Of a stretch of 64,000 nt of DNA, positions 1-12,196 are shown one piece after another. The DNA comes from an uncultured Actinomycetota bacterium (lineage in GTDB: Bacteria; Actinomycetota; Actinomycetes; JAHEKZ01). The notes beneath the pieces are model-generated. The model did not search any database. It was not told the DNA's origin and was given only the letters and a program-made list of their open reading frames with translations. The stretch lies in NCBI GenBank assembly GCA_963829525.1, contig CAWHIJ010000003.1, positions 1,920,001-1,984,000 of the forward strand. The letters run 5' to 3'. The translations under genes were made by a program, and so were the position numbers. How positions within the stretch are numbered: position 1 is the stretch's first letter; each line of letters opens with the position of its first letter.

Positions 1-672
1 CTGGATCAGCGTGGCCAGCGTCGAGACACGACGGTGTACTGCCCGGCGCCGGAGACCTCGACGAGGTCACCGACCGAGCGAGTTCCGTCGATGAGAGCAA
101 GCAGTGCCCACTCGTCGCGTTCCAAAGTCGTGTTCTCCGGCAGCACCACGGGCATGGTCAGCACCACGTCAGGGCTTGGAATCAGCCGTGACAGGGCCTC
201 CCAAGACTCCCGTCGAGTCGTTGCCTCACCGACGATCTGCTCGGCGGGGACGACGAGCCCCACTTCGTCAGGGTTCTCCTCGCCCATGCCGAAGGCGAAG
301 TCGCCGTTCGGCCATCGCAGCAGATCGAAGACGGCATCGACAGTCTGCTCCAGCGCCAGTCGCTGCACGCAGTGCGCTGTCGACCGATCCGGCCTCGACC
401 AGAGCTCGGGCGACGCCTGCACCGTCGGCAACAGCACGTTCAACGGCACGCCGCAGAGCCGCGTCGTCGGCGGCACCCAGGCCGACAAGACGACGGGCGA
501 GGGCTTGTCGGGCGATGTCGGAGACTGCACCGGTGACCATGCCGTCAGCGAAGAAGACCACGCCGGAGACCTGACCGTTGGTCAGGTGAAGTCCTCCGGA
601 CTTCTTCGTCAGGCTGAGCAGCTGGAAGACGTCCGGAAGACTGAAGGCGTCGAGCGAACCTTCGAGCTTCAC
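1..672 (-). CDS. DUF4388 (PatA-N-like) domain protein; frameshifted near 365 and 25, runs off the left edge
   Basis: N-terminus MKLEGSLDAFSLPDVFQLLSLTKKSGGLHL (ORF 268..672) continues as DAVFDLLRWPNGDFAF...DEWALLALIDGTRSVGDL (ORF 6..530); AAAGGA RBS upstream of GTG 672. Confidence 0.85.
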
Positions 673-727
673 GTCAGGTCACGATCCTTTGATGACAGGA
701 GTGGCGAGGGTGGGAGTGAGTGGCCGG

Positions 728-1433
728 TCAGGACCAGGAGCTGCCGTCGGATGCCACAACTGCTGGCCGACGATCTTCTGGCTGGACCGGGGTGAGGTGC
801 GGGAACCGGTCGTCGGACGAGGGAGTCCGCTCCGAGGCGTGCTGGGGCGTCGGTTCGGGCTGCACCTGAACAGGTTGGGTCTGCACCTGCTGCATGCTGA
901 ACCGGGACGGGCTGCACCTGCTGCGGCTGAACCGGGACGGGTTGCACCTGCTGCGGCTGAACCTGTTGGGTCTGTACCTGCTGCGGCTCAGGCGCAACGT
1001 TGACCAGGGCCGGTAGGGGCTCCACGTCGATCCGGAGGGACGTGCCAACCGCACCGGCAGCCTGCTTGACCTCGAACAGCATCAGGCCGACCTTGGCGCC
1101 GACGCGACCGACCGCGACCAGAACGGCCTCGTCGTCAGCGCTGACCAAGAATACTGTGCCGTTGTCGCCCTCGACGTACACCTGGGAGAGGTCACCGCGA
1201 CCAAGCCCCTGCGCGGCACGTTCGCCGAGAGAGAGCAGGGCCGCCGACATCGCGGCGACCCGATCCTCGTCCATGCCGGCCGGAAGCGCCGATGCCATCG
1301 GCAGGCCGTCGAAAGAGACGACCGCTGCAGCCTCGATGTCTGGGGCCTGGCGCAGCAGCGCCCCCAGAATCTGGTCGAGCTGAAGCGAACGTCCTGCGGC
1401 ACCGCTGAGTGCGGCGGCGTAGGGATCTGACAT
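728..1433 (-). CDS. Roadblock/LC7 (MglB-like) domain protein with Gln/Pro/Val-rich C-terminal tail; +1 frameshift near 894
   Basis: IEAAAVVSFDGLPMASALP...DRVAAMSAALLSLGERAA roadblock signature; tail continues in the frame of ORF 728..1054 (QQVQTQPVQVQPEP...DGSSWS*). Confidence 0.88.
860..988 (-). repeat. Intragenic ~30-bp tandem repeat encoding QPQQVQPVPV-type units
   Basis: Units such as ctgcacctgctgcggctgaaccgggacggg repeated about four times; one copy has 'at' in place of 'g' (894-895). Confidence 0.85.
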
Positions 1434-1497
1434 GGTGCACCTCTCGCGATCGGACCGCGTCGCCGGTCGGGAGAGCCGACCGGACCTTAGAGGGTGC

Positions 1498-1524
1498 TTC
1501 GGCTGTGTTACTGGTCCTCTTGAG
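1498..1524 (-). promoter_or_regulatory. Putative sigma28 (FliA/WhiG-family) promoter for the roadblock-DUF4388 operon
   Basis: Minus strand CTCA-N17-GCCGAA, matching the CTCA-N15-17-GCCGA(A/T) form described for actinobacterial FliA-family sigma factors; 65 bp upstream of ATG 1433. Confidence 0.5.
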
Positions 1525-2380
1525 CGATTTCGCCGCTACCGGCAGAAGCGGACGGTCCTGGCATCCCTCGCTCTGCCAGCGCTGCCAGTCCCGCGGTCCG
1601 AAGGCAGGCGATGGAGGGTCTACGGCCGGTCATCAGGGCCACTTGTTCGACCGCCTGGCGGACGAGCAGCTCAAGTCCCCCAACCACGCGACCTCCTGCT
1701 GCCTCCCACGCTGCCGCCAGCGGCGTCGGCCAGGGGTGGTAGAGCACATCCACCAGCAGGCCGGGCGAGGCTGGTGTCGGGATGGTCGCGGCCACACCGG
1801 CCGGCACCGTGCTCACGACGACGTCACCGCCAAGCGCTTCGGCCGTCGGGGGCCAGGTCCCACCGTCGCTTGCCAGTCCGAGGTCTTTGGCGAGGGCGCC
1901 CAGCTCAGTGACTGCCTCTGGACGGCGAGCGATGACCACAACCTTCGCGACCCCGACTTCGGCGAGAGCAGCGACTGCCGAGCGCGCCGTGGCGCCGGCC
2001 CCCACAATGGTCACCGTGCTTGCCCCACCGACCTGGGCATCGGCGAAGATCGCCTGCAGACCGGTGATGTCGGTGTTCAAACCCGCGCGATTCGGCCCGT
2101 CAAGCAGCACAGTGTTCACCGCGCGCACTTTGGCGGCTTGCGGATCGACCTCGGTGAGCAGCTCCAAAGCCGCCTCCTTGAGCGGCATGGTGAGCGAGAG
2201 CCCCACCCATTCAGGCCCGAGGGAGGCCAAATAGCCAGGGAGTTCCTCTGCCGTCACATCGACCGCTGTGTACTTCCAATCCAGGCCGAGCTCGTCGTAG
2301 GCGGCTCGGTGCAGCACTGGCGAGAGTGAGTGATCGATCGGGTGGCCGAGGACGGCCGCTCGTCGGGTATGCCTCGGCAT
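1508..2380 (-). CDS. aroE: Shikimate dehydrogenase
   Basis: GHPIDHSLSP, SLTMPLK, AVNT, NTD, GAGATA motifs; follows mltG. Confidence 0.95.
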   Translation of the reverse strand: MPRHTRRAAVLGHPIDHSLSPVLHRAAYDELGLDWKYTAVDVTAEELPGYLASLGPEWVGLSLTMPLKEAALELLTEVDPQAAKVRAVNTVLLDGPNRAGLNTDITGLQAIFADAQVGGASTVTIVGAGATARSAVAALAEVGVAKVVVIARRPEAVTELGALAKDLGLASDGGTWPPTAEALGGDVVVSTVPAGVAATIPTPASPGLLVDVLYHPWPTPLAAAWEAAGGRVVGGLELLVRQAVEQVALMTGRRPSIACLRTAGLAALAERGMPGPSASAGSGEIAQEDQ

Positions 2381-3473
2381 CACGGCACCTGGTCGTAGAA
2401 CTCGTCCTTGTACTGCAAGAACTCCTGATAGTCGGCGGTGAACTGGGTCTTGTCACTCTCCGGTGACACGGCGACGAAGTACAACCAGTCACCCTGAGGC
2501 GGTGCGATTGCCGCTGCCATCGCCGCCTCCCCTGGGGAGTTGATCGGACCCGGCGGGAGGCCCGCGTTGACATAGGTGTTGTACGGCGAGTCAACGGCGA
2601 GCTGGTCGTTCTCGAGGGTGAGGTCGTCGGAGCCGAGTGCGTAGTTGATGGTCGAGTCGAAACCAAGCGTCATTCCGAGGTTGAGCCGGTTGGCCACCAC
2701 CCGCGAGGCTTTCCCGAAGTCGCGCTCGGCCACCTCGGCCTGAACCAGGCTGGCGACGGTCAACGCCTCGCGCGGGCTGTAGCCAGCAGCGGCGGCGCCC
2801 TCGACGAGCCCGACGTCGGCGGCCGCCTGCTCGAAGCGATCCACCATGGCCGTCAACATTTCGACGGCCGACGTATCAGGATCGAAGGTGTACGTCGCGG
2901 GGAACAGGAATCCCTCTGCGCTGCCCTCGGCGTAGTCGGGGAGCCCCAGCCGGCGTGGGTCTTGCAGCGCGCGTCGAAGTCAGACTCGGGCAGCCCGCTG
3001 GCTTCCGCCAGGCGTTGGACCGTGTCGGTCAGCCGAAGCCCTTCGGGGATGGCGACCTCAGTCTGCACCCGCGCCGCTGGATCGAGCAGGCGCTCGAGCG
3101 CACCCTGGCCCGACATCTGTTCGAGCATCGAGTAGGAGCCTGGCTGAGATCCCAAGTGCGCGGTCGTCGCTCGCAGCAGCATCGACGAACGCAGCGGCAC
3201 TGGCGACAACGTCGGCGTCGGCCAAGGTCGCGCCGATCGCAGAGGAGGAGTCTCCAGGCGCCACCTCGATGACGACCTGGCCGCTGCCCGGTCCCGGGTA
3301 GTCCGCTCCTAGGCCGAACCCGCTGAGGGTGCCGCCCAACAAGCGCATTCCCACCCACGCTCCCCAACCAACAACCCGAGCAGGATCACGACGACCAGCG
3401 CAGGATGGGCCCGGCGCCGCCGCTGGCCAGGAGGCCCGGGCGCAGGATGGTGCGGCGCCGTCGAAGCGGTCAC
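2380..3473 (-). CDS. mltG: Endolytic transglycosylase MltG (several frameshifts)
   Basis: Pieces in ORFs 3058..3663, 2853..3209 and 2380..2859: TM helix, IPEGLR, EGFLFPATY, ASLVQAE, SPYNTY, GLPPGPINSPG; GTGA overlap with ruvX stop. Confidence 0.9.
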
Positions 3474-3970
3474 AGCTGGTCTCCTCGTTCTGGGTCGATT
3501 CGCTCACCGAGCCCACTGTCCAACACAGCTCCACAATCGACGCCTCGTGCGGCACGCGCGTCGAGAACCCCCTGCAACAGTGCCGTGGCGGCGGCCTGAT
3601 CCACCACCCGGCGCGCCGAACGAGAGTCGTGGCCTCCGGCACGCAGCGCGGCGCCGGCCGCAACGGTCGTCAACCGCTCGTCGACCAGATAGATCGGGAC
3701 CGACAAAGCCTTGGCCAGGCCCTCCGCATACACCCGCGCTGTCTGCGCTGCGGTTCCTTCCGCCCCGGACAGCGACAGCGGAAGACCTACGATGACCCCA
3801 ACAGCCCCCCGCTCAGAGGCGATTGCCGCAACGCCGGTGACCGCGTCCTTGACACTGAGCGTGGTGACCGGAGAGGCCAGCACCTCACCCCCGTCGCTGG
3901 CAGCGACCCCAATGCGCACTGCACCGGGATCAACTGCCAACCAGACGCCAGGGACCTTGGACAACGTCAC
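3470..3970 (-). CDS. ruvX: Holliday junction resolvase-like RuvX / YqgF
   Basis: LAVDPGAVRIGVAASD, VGLPLSLSG, VDERLTT, VDQAAA; position between alaS and mltG. Confidence 0.93.
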   Translation of the reverse strand: MTLSKVPGVWLAVDPGAVRIGVAASDGGEVLASPVTTLSVKDAVTGVAAIASERGAVGVIVGLPLSLSGAEGTAAQTARVYAEGLAKALSVPIYLVDERLTTVAAGAALRAGGHDSRSARRVVDQAAATALLQGVLDARAARGVDCGAVLDSGLGERIDPERGDQL

Positions 3971-3977
3971 GGCCGCA

Positions 3978-6646
3978 TTACCCGGCAAGCGCTGCCCGCG
4001 CCGCGGCGAGCGCCTCAGCGACCCCAGCCGGATTGCTGCCCCCGCCCTGGGCCACGTCCTTCTTGCCGCCACCCCTGCCTTCTATCGCGGGCAGGCACGC
4101 AGCCAGCACGTCCCGCGCGGCGAGACCGGCCTCCTGCCCGGTCTCGTTGACGGCGGCAACGGCGGCAACCTTGCCATCGTCGAGACCGATAGCGCGAGCA
4201 CTACGGCGGCGCGTTCTTGTCCAGCCTTGCCGCGGGTGGCGAGCGCGAGGTCACGAAGCGCCACGCCGTCGAGATCGTCCGGAGCCTGGAAGGCGTAGAG
4301 GTCGACATCACCGACCCGATCGGAGGCTGTGGCGACGCCGGCCAGATCGGTGGCCAGTTGCGCTCGCTTGGCGGCTGCGATCTGCTTCTCGGCCTCGCGG
4401 AGTCGCTGGACGATCCCAGCGACCCGCTCGGGAAGCTCGTCTGCCGGCACCTTCAGCTGCTCGGTGAGCAACCCGACGAGGGTGTGCTCACGGGCCAGGA
4501 AGCGATAGGCGTCGATGCCGACCAGGGCCTCGATCCGCCGGACCCCAGCGCCAATGCTCGACTCGTGCAGCAGCTTGATGACGCCGAGCTGGCCGGTCCG
4601 ATGCGCGTGCGTGCCGCCGCAGAGCTCGCGCGTCCAGTCGCCGACGCTGACGACCCGCACGGTGTCGCCGTACTTCTCGCCGAACAGTGCCATGGCTCCG
4701 GCTGCTCGTGCCTCGTCGATCGGCATGAGCTCAGCGGTGACCGACAGGTCGTTGATCAGGACCTCGTTGACTTTGTGCTCGACGTCGGCAAGAACGGTGG
4801 CCGGACACCGCCCCGGAGTTCGGGAAGTCGAACCGGAACCGGCCAGGAGCGTTCTCCGAACCTGCCTGGGTCGCTGTCTCACCGACGAGCTCCCGCATGG
4901 CCTTGTGGACCATGTGCGTCGCGGTGTGCGCGCGGCTGATCGCCTGGCGGCGCTCGACGTCGATGCTGCCGACGACAGCGAGCCCAGCCTCCGCCGAGCC
5001 CTCGATGACCCGACCCCGATGGACGATGAGCCCCTCGACGGGCTGCTGGACGTCGTCGACCGCGATCAGCGCCCCGTTGGCCAGACGAACGGTGCCTCCG
5101 TCAGCGAGCTGACCGCCGCCTTCGGCGTAGAACGGCGTACGGTCGAGGACGATCTCGACGTCGTCACCGGGCTCTGCGGCCGCCACGACGGCACCGCCCC
5201 GCAGAGATTCCGCGCAGCACGCCTTCGCTCTCCAGCTCTGGTGTACCCGGTGAACTCGGACCGCCCAGCAACATCGGCAAGTGATCGGTAGGCGGCCCCG
5301 TCAACGTGACCGGTCTTCTTCGCCTTCGCGTCAGCCTTGGCCCGGTCACGCTGCTCGCCCATCAGCCGACGGAAGCCCTCTTCATCGACGACAAGTCCTT
5401 GTTCGGCCGCCATCTCGAGGGTGAGGTCGATCGGGAATCCGTAGGTGTCGTGCAGCCGGAACGCGGTGTCGCCCCCGACCGTTCCGCTTCCGGCTGCCTG
5501 CAGGTCGGCGGCCGCCAGATCGAAGATCTGAGTGCCGGTCCGCAGCGTCTGGGCGAAGGCCGCCTCTTCGGCCTCGGCGACGGTGAAGATTCGGCTTCGC
5601 TCGATCTCGAGCTCGGGGTACTGCGGTCCCATCGCCTCGATTGCCGTTGCAGTCAGCTCTCGAACCGTCGGGTCAGACGACCCCAGCAAGCGCATGCTGC
5701 GGATGACGCGCCGCATGATCCTGCGTAACACGTACCCACGGCCCTCATTGCCTGGCACGACCTGGTCACCGATCAGCATGAGCGCGGTACGTGTGTGGTC
5801 GGCGACCACACGGAACCGAACGTCGTCGTCGGGGTTGGCTCCGTATCGACGCCCGGTGAGCTCAGCTGCCCTGGCGATGATCGTCCGCATCGTGTCGATC
5901 TCGTAGATGTTCTCAACGCCTTGCAGCAGGGCAGCCATGCGTTCCAGGCCCATGCCGGTATCGATGTTCTTGGCCGGCAAATCACCTGAGATGTCGAAGT
6001 CGTCCTTGCGGCGCACCTCACTGAGCGCGTACTGCATGAAGACCAGGTTCCACACCTCGAGGTACCGCTCCTCATCGACGACAGGGCCACCTGCCCTGCC
6101 GTGCTCGGGGCCCCGGTCGAAGTAGATCTCTGAGCACGGGCCACCCGGACCAGGAACCCCCATGTGCCAGTAGTTGTCGTTGAGTCCGCGCCGCTGGATG
6201 CGGTCGAGCGGGATCCCTACGTCGCGGTGCCAGATCTCGGCCGCTTCGTCGTCGTCCTCGTACACGGTGACCCACATCCGGTCCTCGGCGAACCCGAACC
6301 CGCCATCCCCGGTGGAGTTGGTCAACAGCTCCCATGCCAAGGGAATCGCGCCCTCTTTGAAGTAGTCGCCGAAGGAGAAATTTCCCGCCATCTGAAAGAA
6401 CGAGCCATGGCGCGTCGTCTTTCCGACCTCGTCAATGTCCAGGGTGCGGACGCACTTCTGCACGCTGGTCGCCCGCGGGTACGGCGGCGTCTGCTCACCC
6501 AGGAAGAACGGTTTGAACGGGACCATGCCGGCGTTGACGAGCAGCAAAGTAGGGTCGGCAAGCGGTAGCGGAGCGGACGGGACGACGGTGTGACCCCGGG
6601 ACTCAAAGAAGCGCAAGAACCTGCTTCGGATCTCGGCGGACTCCAT
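3978..6646 (-). CDS. alaS: Alanine--tRNA ligase (about 4 frameshifts)
   Basis: [71 protein letters not shown] spread over ORFs 5066..7006, 5164..5349, 4731..5186, 4082..4882. Confidence 0.95.
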
Positions 6647-6714
6647 ACCGGGCGGCTCCTCGTGACGGACTGGTGATCGAATCTTCAGCCTATCGAAGGG
6701 GCTTGGTCGAACCT

Positions 6715-8057
6715 CTACTCCGCGGTGCCGCCCGTCGCAGAGTCGTCCAGGATCTGCTCGGATCCGCTCGAGCCTGCCGGTCACGGTCTGTTCGAAGCCG
6801 TGCTCGGTTGGTCGGTAGTAGCGTCGACCGACCACTTCGTCGGGTGCGTACTGCTGCTTCACGATTCCCCGCGGATCATCGTGGGGATATTGATACCCCT
6901 TCACCCCCAGATCCTTGGCGCCCGGGTAGTGACCGTCCCGAAGCGCCGTTGGCACTGACCCGATCACGCCCAGCTCGGATGTCGGCAATTGCCTCATCGA
7001 TGGCAACGATCACCGCGTTGGACTTCGGGGCCGTCGCCAGGTGAATCACTGCCTGCGCCAGCGGGATGCGTGCCTCTGGCAAGCCGACGAATGCGGAGGC
7101 GTCGAGTGCGGCCACGGCGGTCTGCAGCGCAGAGGGGTCGGCCATCCCGACGTCCTCACTGGCATGGATGACGAGCCTTCGGGCGATGAACCGGGGGTCC
7201 TCCCCTGCCTCGATCATCCGCGCCAGGTAGTGCAGTGCAGCATCGACGTCACTCCCTCGGATGCTCTTGATCAAGGCGCTTGTCACGTCGTAATGCTGAT
7301 CACCATCACGGTCGTACCGCACTGCCGCCTTGTCGACGGCGCGTGCGACGTCGTCGAGCCCGACGCGTCCGTCTCTGCTCTCGGCGCCAGCGGCGGCAGC
7401 ATCGAGAATGGTGAGCGCGCGGCGGGCGTCGCCCCCGGAGAGCCTGACGATGGCAGCGACCGCATCGTCATCGACACTGACGGCCCCGGCGAGTCCGCGG
7501 TCGTCCTCGACTGCCCGTCGCACCAGCGTCACGACGTCCTCCTCAGCAAGCGGTTGAAGAGTCACGAGCAACGAGCGCGACAGCAGCGGCGACACGATGG
7601 CGAAGTGCGGGTTCTCGGTGGTCGCGGCGATCAGTACGACCCATCCGTTCTCCACCGCCGGGAGCAGGGCGTCCTGCTGGGTCTTGGAGAATCGGTGGAC
7701 CTCGTCGACGAATAGAACCGTCTCAGGCTCGCCCATCCCGAGCCGCCGCCGCGCCTGGTCGACGACCGACCGGACGTCCTTGACCCCGGCGGTGACCGCT
7801 GACAGCTCGGCGAACTGGCGCCCGGTCGCACGGCTGACGAGGTGGGCGATGGTGGTCTTTCCCGTCCCAGGGGGTCCGAACAGGATCAACGAGACAGCGC
7901 GTTCGTCTCCTTCCACCAGACGTCGGAGTGGTGATCCTGGCGCCAGCAGGTGTTGCTGCCCCACCAGCTCATCGAGTGAGCGCGGTCGCATCCGAGCGGC
8001 GAGAGGGCCACCGCCGCGGTCGTCTGCTGCAGACTCGAAGAGGTCTGGACTTGTCAT
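6715..8057 (-). CDS. rarA: Replication-associated recombination protein A (MgsA/RarA AAA+ ATPase); frameshifts near 6970 and 6760
   Basis: [52 protein letters not shown]; C-terminus [10 protein letters not shown]...YQYPHD in the next frame. Confidence 0.92.
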
Positions 8058-8066
8058 GGGAGCAAC

Positions 8067-9809
8067 TCACACCTGCCCACTGGGCTCTGGGACGAAGTCC
8101 ACGCCGGCCTCAGCCCGCTGCGCATCGGTGATCGGCGTCGGCGCACCGGTCAGGGGATCACCACCGGATGCGGTCTTGGGGAAGGCGATCACCTCCCGGA
8201 TCGAGGAGGCTCCGGCGAGCAGAGCGACGAGGCGGTCGAGGCCGAAGGCGATGCCACCGTGCGGTGGCGGGCCGTAACGCAGGGCCTCCAACAGGAAGCC
8301 GAACTTGCCCTCCGCCTCTTCATGGGAGAGCCCGAGGACGTCGAAGACGCGTTGCTGGACATCAGTGCGGTGGATACGGATCGACCCACCGCCGATCTCG
8401 TTGCCGTTGAGCACCATGTCGTAGGCATATCCGAGGGCGTCCCCCGGCGCGAGGTCGAATGCGTCCTGCCACTCGGCGTTGGGTGCGGTGAAGGGGTGGT
8501 GGACCGACGTCCAGCCGCCATCTCCGTCCGGCTCGAAGAGCGGGGCGTCGACGATCCAGAGGAAGGCCCATGCCGACTCGTCAATGAGATCGCAACGGCG
8601 GCCGATCTCGAGGCGGGCGGCGCCGAGCAGCTCAAGGGAGGCCCGAGGCTCACCTGCCGCGAAGAAGATGGCGTCGCCCGGTGACGCCCCCACCGCCCCG
8701 ACCAACCCCGAGCGTTCGACCTCGGAGAGGTTCTTGGCTACCGGGCCACCGAGATCACCCTCCTGCCCCACGAGCACGTACGCAAGGCCACGGGCACCCC
8801 GGGCCTTGGCCCAGTCCTGCCAGGCATCGAGCTCTTTGCGGGTCTGCCCACCACCACCAGGCATCACCACCGCGCCGACGTGGGGCGCCTGAAAGACCCG
8901 GAAGGTGGTGTCGGCGAAGTACCGCGTCACATCGACCAGCTCGTTGCCGAAACGAACATCCGGCTTGTCACTGCCGTAGCGGGTCATCGCCTCGGCATGC
9001 GTCATTCGCGGGAGCGGCAGCGGGACCTCGTAGCCGTGGACCTCACGCCAAAGGCCGGCGACCACAGACTCGCCAACAGACATCACATCGTCCTGGTCGA
9101 CGAAGGACATCTCGATGTCGAGCTGAGTGAACTCCGGCTGCCGGTCGGCCCGGAAGTCCTCGTCGCGGAAGCACCGGACGATCTGGTAGTAGCGCTCCAT
9201 GCCGGCGACCATCAGCAGCTGCTTGAACAGCTGCGGTGACTGCGGTAACGCGTACCAGTGGCCCGGCTGCAGTCGCACGGGCACCAGGAAGTCGCGAGCA
9301 CCCTCTGGAGTCGACCTGGTCAGATAGGGGGTCTCGATCTCCAAGAAGCGCTGCTGATCCATCACCGACCGGATCACCTTGGTGGCGGCCGCCCGAAGTC
9401 GCAGCGCACGTCCGGGGCCTTCACGTCGCAGGTCCAGGTAGCGGTACCGCAGTCGGGCGTCCTCACCAACTGTGACGTGCTCGTCGATCGGGAACGGCAA
9501 CGGATCGCTGGCGCTGAGGATCTCGATCTCGGTGGTCAGCACCTCTACCTCCCCCGTCGGCAGCTCGGGATTTTCGTTGCCGACGGGGCGTCGAGCGACC
9601 TCACCGACCACCTTGAGGCAGTACTCCGATCGAAGCTCATCGGCGATCGCGGCATCCCGAATGACAACCTGCACCACTCCAGAAGCGTCCCGCAGGTCGA
9701 TGAAGGCGACGCCGCCGTGATCGCGTCGGCGGGCCACCCAGCCGGCGAGCACAACCTCCTGCTGCGCGTCCTGGACGCGCAGGGTGCCGGCTTCACGGGT
9801 TCGGATCAC
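8067..9809 (-). CDS. aspS: Aspartate--tRNA ligase
   Basis: [66 protein letters not shown]. Confidence 0.97.
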   Translation of the reverse strand: MIRTREAGTLRVQDAQQEVVLAGWVARRRDHGGVAFIDLRDASGVVQVVIRDAAIADELRSEYCLKVVGEVARRPVGNENPELPTGEVEVLTTEIEILSASDPLPFPIDEHVTVGEDARLRYRYLDLRREGPGRALRLRAAATKVIRSVMDQQRFLEIETPYLTRSTPEGARDFLVPVRLQPGHWYALPQSPQLFKQLLMVAGMERYYQIVRCFRDEDFRADRQPEFTQLDIEMSFVDQDDVMSVGESVVAGLWREVHGYEVPLPLPRMTHAEAMTRYGSDKPDVRFGNELVDVTRYFADTTFRVFQAPHVGAVVMPGGGGQTRKELDAWQDWAKARGARGLAYVLVGQEGDLGGPVAKNLSEVERSGLVGAVGASPGDAIFFAAGEPRASLELLGAARLEIGRRCDLIDESAWAFLWIVDAPLFEPDGDGGWTSVHHPFTAPNAEWQDAFDLAPGDALGYAYDMVLNGNEIGGGSIRIHRTDVQQRVFDVLGLSHEEAEGKFGFLLEALRYGPPPHGGIAFGLDRLVALLAGASSIREVIAFPKTASGGDPLTGAPTPITDAQRAEAGVDFVPEPSGQV

Positions 9810-11239
9810 TGCGGGTACTCCTCGGTTCGGGACTGGGACAGTTTCTGGGACTGGACACCTGCTGGGACACCTGCGTGGGACGTCGGCGGGTTCGATGCTG
9901 CGCTCTCCATGGTGACGAACGGCACCAGGTCCTCCGGCGGCGGGTTCCACGTCGCCGGGTCCGCCTTCACCTGGTCACCGGAACGGATGTCCTTCACCGA
10001 GTGATCGACGCCCGGCGCTCCTGGGAACCACACGTACGGGATACCGCGGCGGTCAGCGTGCCGGATCTGCTTGCCGAACTTGGCGGCCGAGGGAGCCACC
10101 TCGCTGCTGATGCCGCGTGACCGCAGCGCGTCAGCTACCAGCTCGGACACCACACGCTCACCCTCGTCGCTGACCGCGACCAGGACACAGGTGGGCACGG
10201 ACCGGGAGGCGCCAACCACCCCGGTAGCGAGCAACGGCACGAGCAGCCGAGAGACACCGAGGGATATCCCGACGCCTGGGAAGGTGACGCGACCGTCACT
10301 GGCAAGAGCGTCATAGCGACCACCGGAACAGATCGACCCCAATGACTCGTAGCCGACAAGCTCTGTCTCGAAGACCGTCCCGGTGTAGTAGTCGAGGCCC
10401 CGAGCGATCTTCAGGTCGGCAACGACTGCACCGGGGCGTCGAGCGTTGGCAGCTGTGACGACGGCCACCAGCTCGTCGAGCCCTTCGGCCAGAAGTGGGT
10501 GCTCGACGCCCAGCGCGCGGACCCGGTCACCGACGGTGGCGTCGGTCCCGGTGATCTGGGCCAGCAGCAGGCAGAGCTCGGCCCCCGCCGAATCCAAGCC
10601 CGCCTCCTCCACCAGCAAGGCGGACACTCGCTCGCGGCCGACCTTGTCCAGCTTGTCCAGCGCGCGCAGTGCGGCATCGGGATCGGATGCGCCAGCACCG
10701 CGGAAGAAGCCCTCGGCGAGCTTGCGGTTGTTGACCTTGATCACGGTGGCGGGGATCGGCAAGGCGGCAAAGACCTCAGCCATCACGAGGGCAATCTCGA
10801 CCTCGTGGTGGAACGCCAATGTGTCGCGGCCAACGATATCGATATCGGCTTGGGTGAACTCCCGGTAACGACCCTCCTGCGGACGCTCCCCCCGCCACAC
10901 CTTCTGAATCTGGTAGCGACGAAACGGGAATTCGAGGTGGCCAGCGTTCTGCAGCACGTACCGGGCGAACGGAACAGTGAGGTCGAAGTGAAGTCCTAGC
11001 TGGTCCCCTTGCACTCCGGCGTCGTCCTCCACGGCCTGCAGTCTGCGCAGGACGTACACCTCTTTGTCGATCTCGCCTTTGCGGAGCAGCTGATCGAGCG
11101 GCTCGACCGCTCGGGTCTCCAACGAGGCGAAGCCGTGCAACTCAAAGATCTGTCGGACGGTGTCAAGAACGTGCTGCTCGACGATGCGTTGCCCGGGAAG
11201 GAACTCCGGAAACCCAGAGATCGGGGAGATCTTCGGCAT
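9806..11239 (-). CDS. hisS: Histidine--tRNA ligase
   Basis: [40 protein letters not shown]; GTGA overlap with aspS. Confidence 0.97.
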   Translation of the reverse strand: MPKISPISGFPEFLPGQRIVEQHVLDTVRQIFELHGFASLETRAVEPLDQLLRKGEIDKEVYVLRRLQAVEDDAGVQGDQLGLHFDLTVPFARYVLQNAGHLEFPFRRYQIQKVWRGERPQEGRYREFTQADIDIVGRDTLAFHHEVEIALVMAEVFAALPIPATVIKVNNRKLAEGFFRGAGASDPDAALRALDKLDKVGRERVSALLVEEAGLDSAGAELCLLLAQITGTDATVGDRVRALGVEHPLLAEGLDELVAVVTAANARRPGAVVADLKIARGLDYYTGTVFETELVGYESLGSICSGGRYDALASDGRVTFPGVGISLGVSRLLVPLLATGVVGASRSVPTCVLVAVSDEGERVVSELVADALRSRGISSEVAPSAAKFGKQIRHADRRGIPYVWFPGAPGVDHSVKDIRSGDQVKADPATWNPPPEDLVPFVTMESAASNPPTSHAGVPAGVQSQKLSQSRTEEYPQ

Positions 11240-11243
11240 CGAG

Positions 11244-11984
11244 CTACAACCCTCTCCTCGGCGCGCTGACTGGTTCACCGGAGCGGCTCGGATCAAGGAG
11301 TGCACCGAGGTATGGGTTGGCTGCCCGCTCGCGCCCCACTGTCGTGGCGCCACCGTGTCCGGGAAGCACGAGAACATCGTCATCAAGCGGAAGCACCTTG
11401 TCACGAAGCGAGGCAAGCATCTGCTCGTGGGAGCCCCCAGGAAGGTCAGTACGGCCGATCGAACCGGCGAAGAGGACGTCACCGGACAGCACGGTCTGTG
11501 TTGGCGCCTCATCCAGACCGCTCACCGCTGTCGGAGCACCGGGTAACCGGAACATCACCGAACCTGGCGTGTGACCCGGAGCGTGGTCGACGGCGACCTC
11601 CAGTCCGGCGAGCGTCATCAGGGCGCCGTCTTCCAGCAACGCGACGTCGTCGGGCTCTTGCCACTGCAGGCGGCCACCGAACATCTGCGCCGTCTCGCGC
11701 GCCATGCCCTTCATTGGGTCGACCAACAGCTCGCGGTCTGCCGGATGGATGTACGCGGGTATGCCCCGTGAGCCAGCCACCGGGACAACCGAGAACGTGT
11801 GGTCGAGGTGACCGTGGGTCAGCAGCACGGCCACCGGCTTGAGCTGGTGCAGCCGTAGCAGTTCATCGAGCTCGGGGACGACCTCCATACCCGGGTCGAC
11901 CACGATGCATTCTGCACCGGGTCCTGGCGCCACCACGTAGACGTTCGTTGCGAACACCGCAGACGGAAAGCCGGCGACGAGCAC
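11244..11984 (-). CDS. MBL-fold metallo-hydrolase (glyoxalase II family)
   Basis: THGHLDH, PGHTPGS, SGDVLF, GRTDLPGG, PGHG; GAGGAGG RBS before GTG 11984. Confidence 0.93.
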   Translation of the reverse strand: MLVAGFPSAVFATNVYVVAPGPGAECIVVDPGMEVVPELDELLRLHQLKPVAVLLTHGHLDHTFSVVPVAGSRGIPAYIHPADRELLVDPMKGMARETAQMFGGRLQWQEPDDVALLEDGALMTLAGLEVAVDHAPGHTPGSVMFRLPGAPTAVSGLDEAPTQTVLSGDVLFAGSIGRTDLPGGSHEQMLASLRDKVLPLDDDVLVLPGHGGATTVGRERAANPYLGALLDPSRSGEPVSAPRRGL

Positions 11985-12196
11985 AGATCTTCCTCCTCGA
12001 GGCGTTAGCGCAGACTCGGTCATGATGTTGGCCGCGCTGTTGGACGGAGATGGCGGCACACGCGCAGGCGTCTCAGCCTATCGGTCACCCCGTCACCATC
12101 AGTGGCTCTCCTTACCTACACTGGTGCGTCGCACGGTCAGCACCCGCCTGGCCGGCAGCCCGAGAGGCTCACGAGCGGGCCAAGAGAGGTTTGTCG

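Noticed and set aside
3978-6646. Programmed frameshifting or pseudogenisation of alaS (also hutU, hutH, mltG)
   Set aside because: Several scattered indels without slippery sites in an essential gene; sequencing error is far more likely
5066-7006. Apparent RarA C-terminus-AlaRS fusion ORF
   Set aside because: Produced by frameshifts near 6970 and 6760; rarA has a plausible stop at 6715 and alaS its own RBS and ATG at 6646
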